Of a DNA stretch of 64,000 nt, positions 58,185-64,000 are shown piece after piece (the first letter of the stretch is position 1; each line of letters opens with the position of its first letter). Source of the stretch: an uncultured Chloroflexia bacterium (GTDB lineage: Bacteria; Chloroflexota; Limnocylindria; Limnocylindrales; CSP1-4); the NCBI GenBank assembly GCA_963712745.1, contig CAVQJC010000017.1, positions 320,001-384,000 of the forward strand, in the 5' to 3' direction. Made by a program: the position numbers and the translations under genes. The notes under the pieces were generated by a model. The model worked only from the letters and a program-made list of their open reading frames with translations. It had not been told where the DNA came from and did not search any database.

Positions 58185-58647
58185 GCGCGACCCCTCCCAG
58201 CCACGGCTCGCCTGCCCCGGTCCGGGGCGGGACGTGAGGAGCGGCAGTCGATGGCCGGATCACCGAGGTGCGGTCGACAGCTGACGCGAACGCCACTCAC
58301 GACCCCGCCGCTCCATCAGGCTCGCCGGTCGGTCAGGTGGTCGACGTGCCGGCCGCCGCACTCTCCATCGACCTGCCCGAGCCCTGGTTGGTCGCGATGC
58401 GACTGATGCAGGATGGGTGGGGCTACCGAGCGATACGCGCGCATGACCCGACGACCGGCGCACGGCGAAGCGATGCCGCGATCGTGTGGGTCGGGCATGG
58501 CTCGCTCGGCTCTCGGCCTGGAAGGGCGCGCATCCTCTGCGATCCCGGTCAAAGCGTGGCCTGGGCCACCACTCGCCCAGCAAGTGACCTCGCGGGGTCC
58601 TCCGGACCTTGTCATCGCCAGCGGATCTGTGTCATGTTGGTGCGGCC

Positions 58648-59385
58648 ATGAGCGACCCCCGCAACGACCGACCGCCGCCACCGCCGCCTCCCAGACGGTG
58701 GGATCCGCCACCGCCCGGATACGTACCGCCGCCTGGCCAGTACCCGCCGCCGGTGTACCCTTCGCCGCCTCCGGATGGACCTCCGCCCCCAGGCACGGGA
58801 CCGCAGGCACCGCCGCCCGCAACTCCGCAGCCACCTGCTCCCCTGGCCACCGAACAGCGGCGCGACCGTGGCGGGCTCGTGGCCGGCGTCGTGATCATCG
58901 GCATCGGCGTGTTCTTCCTGCTCGCGCAACTCGTACCCGACATCGGTCGCTCCATCCCGTTGCTCATCGGCCTGGTCTTCCTGGCGGCCTTCGTCGCGAG
59001 GCGCGAGTACGGCTTCCTGGTGGCAGGCTGCATCATCAGCGGTGTCGGTGTCGGCGTCCTGCTCGCGGACACCGTCGACGACCAGTGGTCGGGTGCCGTC
59101 GTGCTGCTCTCGATCGCGGGCGGGTTCATCGCCATCTGGCTCCTGAGCGTGCTGTTCCGGGCGGTCAACAGGGAGTGGCCCAGCGGGCCGAGCCGGGAGG
59201 TCGCCAGTGCTCTCTGGTGGCCGCTGATCCCGGGCGGCATCCTCGCGCTCGTCGCCGTGGTCGTCCTCGCGGAAGAGGGCTTCGAGAGCGATCTGCTGCG
59301 CTGGTGGCCACTGCTCCTCATCGGAGCCGGGGTCGTGGTGCTCATATCCGCTCTGTCGCGTCGGGGATCCGGCCAGGATCGTTAG
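58648..59385 (+). CDS. membrane protein with Pro-rich N-terminus (LiaF/DUF5668-like TM units)
   Basis: GVVIIGIGVFFLL, WWPLIPGG, WWPLLLIGAG. Confidence 0.8.
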   Translation: MSDPRNDRPPPPPPPRRWDPPPPGYVPPPGQYPPPVYPSPPPDGPPPPGTGPQAPPPATPQPPAPLATEQRRDRGGLVAGVVIIGIGVFFLLAQLVPDIGRSIPLLIGLVFLAAFVARREYGFLVAGCIISGVGVGVLLADTVDDQWSGAVVLLSIAGGFIAIWLLSVLFRAVNREWPSGPSREVASALWWPLIPGGILALVAVVVLAEEGFESDLLRWWPLLLIGAGVVVLISALSRRGSGQDR

Positions 59386-59559
59386 TCCCTGCCGGCAGGC
59401 GCACGCTCCACGAGCCACCGTCGAGCACCACCGCGAGTCGGGTGATCGTCGACCGGTTGCTGGGCTAGGTGGTCTGACGCCCGATTGGCCGGACTGGACA
59501 CTCAGTTGATGGTGTGCGCCAGCCAGCACAGCGAGCCCCTACCTCGGGTCAGGTCCTCG

Positions 59560-60146
59560 CGGCGTACGAGAGGCCACCTGTCGGGGATGCCTTTCAGTTG
59601 GTGAGCCCCCCTCGCGTCGAAGCCGATGCCCGAGCCGGCCACGAGATCCTTGACCGTCCTGGAGACGAGCACCTCGCCAGGCTGGGCCGTGGCGGCAATG
59701 CGAGCGCCGATGTTGACACCGATGCCCGCGGGCTTGCCGTCCGCGACCTCGAACTCGCCGGTATGCAGACCGGCTCGCACGCCGACGCCGATCTAGTCGA
59801 GGGCCGCGACGATGGCGAGCGCGGCGCGAACCGCCCGTGCCGGCCCATCGAATGAGGCGAAGAAGCCGTCACCCGACGTATCGATCTCCTCACCCGAGTG
59901 TCGCGCCAGGATGCGGCGGACGATCGTGTGGTGACGCTCGACGAGCTCGCGCCACTGTGCATCCCCCAATCGGGCCGCCAGTGCCGTCGACCCCACGATG
60001 TCCGTGAACAGCACCGTCGCCAGGACCCGCTCGCGCTCGACTGACGTACCGAGCCGAGCGATGAACTCCGCCGTAGCAGCTATCGTCGCTTCGTGACACT
60101 CGTCATCGACCCAGGTGTAGAGCCCCCGGAGCGTGGGCAGTCCCAC
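59560..60146 (-). pseudogene. class III adenylate/guanylate cyclase remnant with in-frame TAG at 59793-59795, N-terminally truncated
   Basis: RVLATVLFTDIVGST, GDGFFASFDGPARA, *, RAGLHTGE, VNIGARI, GEVLVS, LKGIP. Confidence 0.85.
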
Positions 60147-60343
60147 GACTTGTGAGCCAGGGATTCGCTCCGCGATGTAGTGGGCCGGAGCAGGCCGGGC
60201 CGGATGGGGCAGCCGCTGAGCTGCCGACTCGGCACCGCGTCCATCCCCATCCCCATCGCCGCCTGCCGCTGCCGCTCCGCGAGCACATGGCCGTAGGCGT
60301 TCGGGGTCAGAAGACCAGAGCTGTGCCCGAGGAGGTTCCTACG

Positions 60344-60775
60344 TCACCGAGGCGAGGGTGACGCTACTCCCAGCGTTTCGACGGCCTCGGACTCCTCCGC
60401 CGGCACCTCCACAGGCACGGCCACCAACTCCTTCCTGACCTCCGGCTCGCGCGTGATGGCGCTGCGCCGACGACGGCGCAGGGCGGCGATGGCCAATGCC
60501 GACGCTACGGCCAGCGCTGCTACCGCGCCGAGGACGAGCACGGTCCCCAGGATGCTCCGTCCGGCCACGTCGGCGGCCTCGTCGGACATCAGCTGCGGGC
60601 CCGAGGCCTCGGGCGCGAGCTGCGCGGAGAGCAGCTCGCGAGCGGGGATGACGATGGTCGCCTCGGCGGAGGCCCGGGCCTCCTTGCGCCATCTGGCGAC
60701 CGACCTCCGCAGCATGGGCTTCAGCAGCGTGGCCACGAGCACGGCGTTGATGATCGCTCGGATTCCTCTCATCAC
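60344..60775 (-). CDS. hypothetical membrane protein
   Basis: AGGAGG RBS, one TM followed by poly-Arg. Confidence 0.65.
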   Translation of the reverse strand: MMRGIRAIINAVLVATLLKPMLRRSVARWRKEARASAEATIVIPARELLSAQLAPEASGPQLMSDEAADVAGRSILGTVLVLGAVAALAVASALAIAALRRRRRSAITREPEVRKELVAVPVEVPAEESEAVETLGVASPSPR

Positions 60776-61605
60776 TGACCTCCTGCAGCGGCGGGCTCTC
60801 CCGCCGTCCCCTGACTCAGCCTCAGCATGATGCAGCGTTCGAGCGCCGACCAGAGCCGGAGGTCATCAGGGCGAGCTTGGGTGGCAGGTGAGGATCCGTG
60901 CCTGAACCAGAGGAGGGTGGTCCCGTCGCGACCGTGCCGCGGGACTCAGGAGCGAGCAGACTTGGCTTGCCGCCCCCGCCCGCGACGCCCTCTCGGCGGC
61001 CGGATAGCCCACGCCATCGCGAGCACCTCTCCGGCGAAGTGGGGTCACAGCGGACCGAGGAGCCGGAAGTCGGCACGCTGGCACGGGGATAAGGCCAGCT
61101 CAAGCGGTCGGGGTGGCCGGAGTGCTAGTTCTCGAGCAGTCTCGTGCTCGCCGGCGTCGCTGGGTTCGGGCTCGCGCTCGTCGGGGTGCCCGCTGGCCGA
61201 GCCTGGCGCGCGATGCGGCAGGCCACCCTGACCGCTTCGACAACGGAAGCTTCCTTCCTCCCCGGATGATCGCTGCAGATGCGCGCGGCACCGACCGCAC
61301 GGCGCGACGTCTGGCCCCCGAGCGTATGGGCAGTGGACTACCATTCGCGCGAGGTGCTAGACCTGCCGAGGAATCGAGCGACAGTCCTCACGGGTGTGTC
61401 GCTGCAGCTCGTCGGGCATCGTCAGACTTCGAGGTGTTACCGTGCCTGCCGCACTCGAAGACGTTGGTCCACTGATGGGTGGACCGGGTCTTGGCCCATC
61501 GTTGATGCTCCATGTCAGCCGACCCGCCACGTCGGTCACGGAGTCACGCCCGGGGCCACTTGATCGAGCAACGCACCGGTCGGCCGAGCCGATCACCGGC
61601 GACTG

Positions 61606-64000
61606 ATGCAGCAACGGCATCCGGGGCCTGGTGGATCACCGATCGTCTCGGGGGTCGCGATGCATCTCGCGGCCGTGATCGTCCTCGTCGCGGTAGGCAT
61701 CTCACTGGCAGTCCTCGCTTCGACCAGACCGAGCTCGTCCGGCGCCGGCGCGCCCGATGAGGCGACGGCCATCGAGACCCTTCCCTATCGCGACGACGCG
61801 GTCGATGCCCCTGCTTTCGACGCAGTGGCCCAGGAGCTGACAGCGTCGTGTACTTCTCCGAGCCACGCATCCTGGTACGTCTTCACTCCCGTCGCCGACA
61901 CCCCGTTGACGGCCTGGGTCATCCCTGACCGAGACGGCTCCACTGTGCTTGATGTCGCTCTCGTGGTCTGGTCCCTGACGGCGGATGGCTCACTCGTCGA
62001 GGCAGGGTGTGTGGACGATCGTGGTGCCGGCGGGGCCGAGCAGCTCGTCCTCACCGCTGCCGGAGAGGGCACCTACTACGTGCAGGCTGCGGCTGTGGAT
62101 CACGAGGGGAGTGTGGGCACACTGACCCTGCTGGCTGATGTTCAGCGCCCGGAGCATGACCTGTTCGCTTTCGCGCGTCGCATGGAGACGACGCCGTATC
62201 GAGACGAAGGCGTGGATGCGATCGGTGCCCGCCGCGAACCCGGAGAGACGATTCCCAGCTGTGTCGACCTCGAGGCAACGACCTGGTATCGCATTTCGGC
62301 GCCACAGGATCTGGTCTTCTCGGCAACGGTCGATCCGGCGCCGGCGGCGGACAACGTCCTCGACGCAGCGATGGCGCTCTATGCCGGGGACACGGTCGAT
62401 GCCCTCCTGGAGGTCGCTTGCGCGGACAGTGCAGGCGTGCGAGGCAAAGAGCACCTGGAGGTGCCCATCCTGGGTGGTGAGGAGTACTGGCTCCAGATCG
62501 GCGCGATCGTGGGCGAAGATTCCGGGCCCGGCGTCTACACCCTGTCTGTCGACGGGCTCCAGGCCATCGAACTGCGGCCGGTGCCGGACACGTTCCTGGG
62601 GGCGGCGCCGCTCATGGTTGACGCCGAGGTGACCTCTGGATTGCCCGTCACGCTGGCGGTGGAGGGCCCTTGTCGGATCAGCGACGGTGCCCTCGTGGCC
62701 GAGGGAGCGGGCCTGTGCACGATCACGGCCTCCCAGGAAGGGGATTCGACCTGGGCTCCGGCCGTACCTGTGACTACGACCCTTCGCGTGAGTCGCGGCA
62801 GGCAGGCGATCGAGCTCGAGCCACTCGACCGAGCCGTCGTGGGTGTGCCGCTCTCCGTGCAGGCCACGGCCGATTCGGGCTTGCCGGTCGTCTTCGAGAC
62901 CAGTGGAAGCTGCCGGGTCGCGCAAGGCACCTTGCTCGCAGACGGCTCGGGCACTTGCACCATCACCGCTTCTCAGCCGGGTGATGCCGACTGGGCCCCG
63001 GCCGAGCCGGTCACCACCAGCGTGCTCGTCGGCCGTGGCCAGCAGGAGATCGAGCTCGACCTGCCACGGGCCACGAGGACTGGTGCGGTTCCCCTCGAGC
63101 TCGTGGCCACGACCAGCTCCGGCCTGCCGGTGGCCCTCGAGGCGGACGGCCCCTGCCGGCTCGGCGACGACGGCCTCGTCGCGACCGGGGCCGGGGCCTG
63201 CACCATCACCGCCACCCAGGATGGCGACGTCGACTGGGCCCCGGCCGAGCCGGTCACCACCACGCTGCGCATCGGCCGCGGGCGCCAGTCCATCGAGCTC
63301 GAGCCCATCGACGAGCCCACCTTCGGTGATCCACCCCTCGAGCTCATGGCCACGACCAGCTCCGGCCTGCCGGTGGCCCTCGAGGCGGACGGCCCCTGCC
63401 GGCTCGGCGACGACGGCCTCGTCGCGACCGGGGCCGGGGCCTGCACCATCACCGCCACCCAGGGCGGCGACGTCGACTGGGCTCCGGCCGAGCCGGTCAG
63501 CAGACGCCTGACCATCGCCCCCGCCGGCCAGGCCATCGAGTTGGTGCCCATCGACGACGTCGTCGTGGGTGGCTCGGCCGTACTGGCCGCCACCAGCGAC
63601 TCGGGCCTGCCGGTGGCCCTCGAAGCAAGCGGACCGTGCCTCCTCGATGGCTCCTTGCTGCGTGCCCTCGGCACCGGTGCCTGCACCATCACCGCTTCTC
63701 AGGGCGGTGATGCCGACTGGGCCCCGGCCGAGCCGGTCACCACCACGCTGCGCATCGGCCGCGGGCGCCAGTCCATCGAGCTCGAGCCCATCGACGAGCC
63801 CACCTTCGGTGATCCACCCCTCGAGCTCAGCGCCACGACCAGCTCCGGCCTGCCGGTGGCCCTCGAGGCGGACGGCCCCTGCCGGCTCGGCGACGACGGC
63901 CTCGTCGCGACCGGGGCCGGGGCCTGCACCATCACCGCCACCCAGGATGGCGACGTCGACTGGGCCCCGGCCGAGCCGGTCACCACCACGCTGCGCATCG
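61606..64000 (+). CDS. large secreted/surface protein with two PPC-like domains and tandem ~80-aa Ig-like repeats (partial, runs off window)
   Basis: open frame 1 from ATG 61606/61660 (absent from the ORF track, consistent with no stop before the end); hydrophobic N-terminus; SWYVFTP/TWYRISA domains; repeats SGLPVxLExxGPC..GAGACTITATQxGDxDWAPAEPV. Confidence 0.85.
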   Translation, partial: MQQRHPGPGGSPIVSGVAMHLAAVIVLVAVGISLAVLASTRPSSSGAGAPDEATAIETLPYRDDAVDAPAFDAVAQELTASCTSPSHASWYVFTPVADTPLTAWVIPDRDGSTVLDVALVVWSLTADGSLVEAGCVDDRGAGGAEQLVLTAAGEGTYYVQAAAVDHEGSVGTLTLLADVQRPEHDLFAFARRMETTPYRDEGVDAIGARREPGETIPSCVDLEATTWYRISAPQDLVFSATVDPAPAADNVLDAAMALYAGDTVDALLEVACADSAGVRGKEHLEVPILGGEEYWLQIGAIVGEDSGPGVYTLSVDGLQAIELRPVPDTFLGAAPLMVDAEVTSGLPVTLAVEGPCRISDGALVAEGAGLCTITASQEGDSTWAPAVPVTTTLRVSRGRQAIELEPLDRAVVGVPLSVQATADSGLPVVFETSGSCRVAQGTLLADGSGTCTITASQPGDADWAPAEPVTTSVLVGRGQQEIELDLPRATRTGAVPLELVATTSSGLPVALEADGPCRLGDDGLVATGAGACTITATQDGDVDWAPAEPVTTTLRIGRGRQSIELEPIDEPTFGDPPLELMATTSSGLPVALEADGPCRLGDDGLVATGAGACTITATQGGDVDWAPAEPVSRRLTIAPAGQAIELVPIDDVVVGGSAVLAATSDSGLPVALEASGPCLLDGSLLRALGTGACTITASQGGDADWAPAEPVTTTLRIGRGRQSIELEPIDEPTFGDPPLELSATTSSGLPVALEADGPCRLGDDGLVATGAGACTITATQDGDVDWAPAEPVTTTLRI
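62560..64000 (+). repeat. six tandem 240/243-bp coding repeats
   Basis: unit starts 62560, 62803, 63043, 63286, 63529, 63769. Confidence 0.92.

Noticed and set aside
58268-58651. 127-aa ORF
   Set aside because: Weak coding bias, no recognisable motif or RBS; possibly a remnant
59793-59795. Pyrrolysine or stop-codon readthrough
   Set aside because: TAG is a normal stop for many genes here and the gene is otherwise truncated
60800-61600. Short ORFs and possible RNA in the 800-bp gap
   Set aside because: No frame with convincing codon bias and no structure I can support

Overview
High-GC bacterial window. The gene style suggests Chloroflexota, possibly Limnocylindria-like; this is inference only. 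(1) 1-7.7 kb, minus strand: an Hdr/Qmo-like flavin/Fe-S operon (ArsR, DsrE-like, TusA, MvhD-like, HdrA with an inserted GltD module, a second HdrA, a small wHTH protein, QmoC-like), divergent from pntAA-pntAB-pntB. (2) 11-27 kb: housekeeping and regulatory genes, a TPP riboswitch with thiN-thiBPQ-bcp, and a candidate C-loop small RNA. (3) 27.9-35 kb: a b6-type Rieske/cytochrome b operon headed by a GltD/NfnB-like flavoprotein and followed by a cytochrome c-double cupredoxin fusion and a Kelch membrane protein. (4) 35-46 kb: mixed metabolic, signalling and transport genes. (5) 46-61 kb: an accessory region with an IS630 and a tRNA-Lys(TTT) hotspot. It has two extra 5' tRNA halves each followed by a conserved hairpin, a ~110-bp inverted repeat around the tRNA, two tyrosine-integrase remnants and four intact or decayed ECF sigma/anti-sigma modules. 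(6) A repeat-rich surface protein runs off the right end. About seven +1 single-base frameshifts suggest assembly errors in parts of the window.
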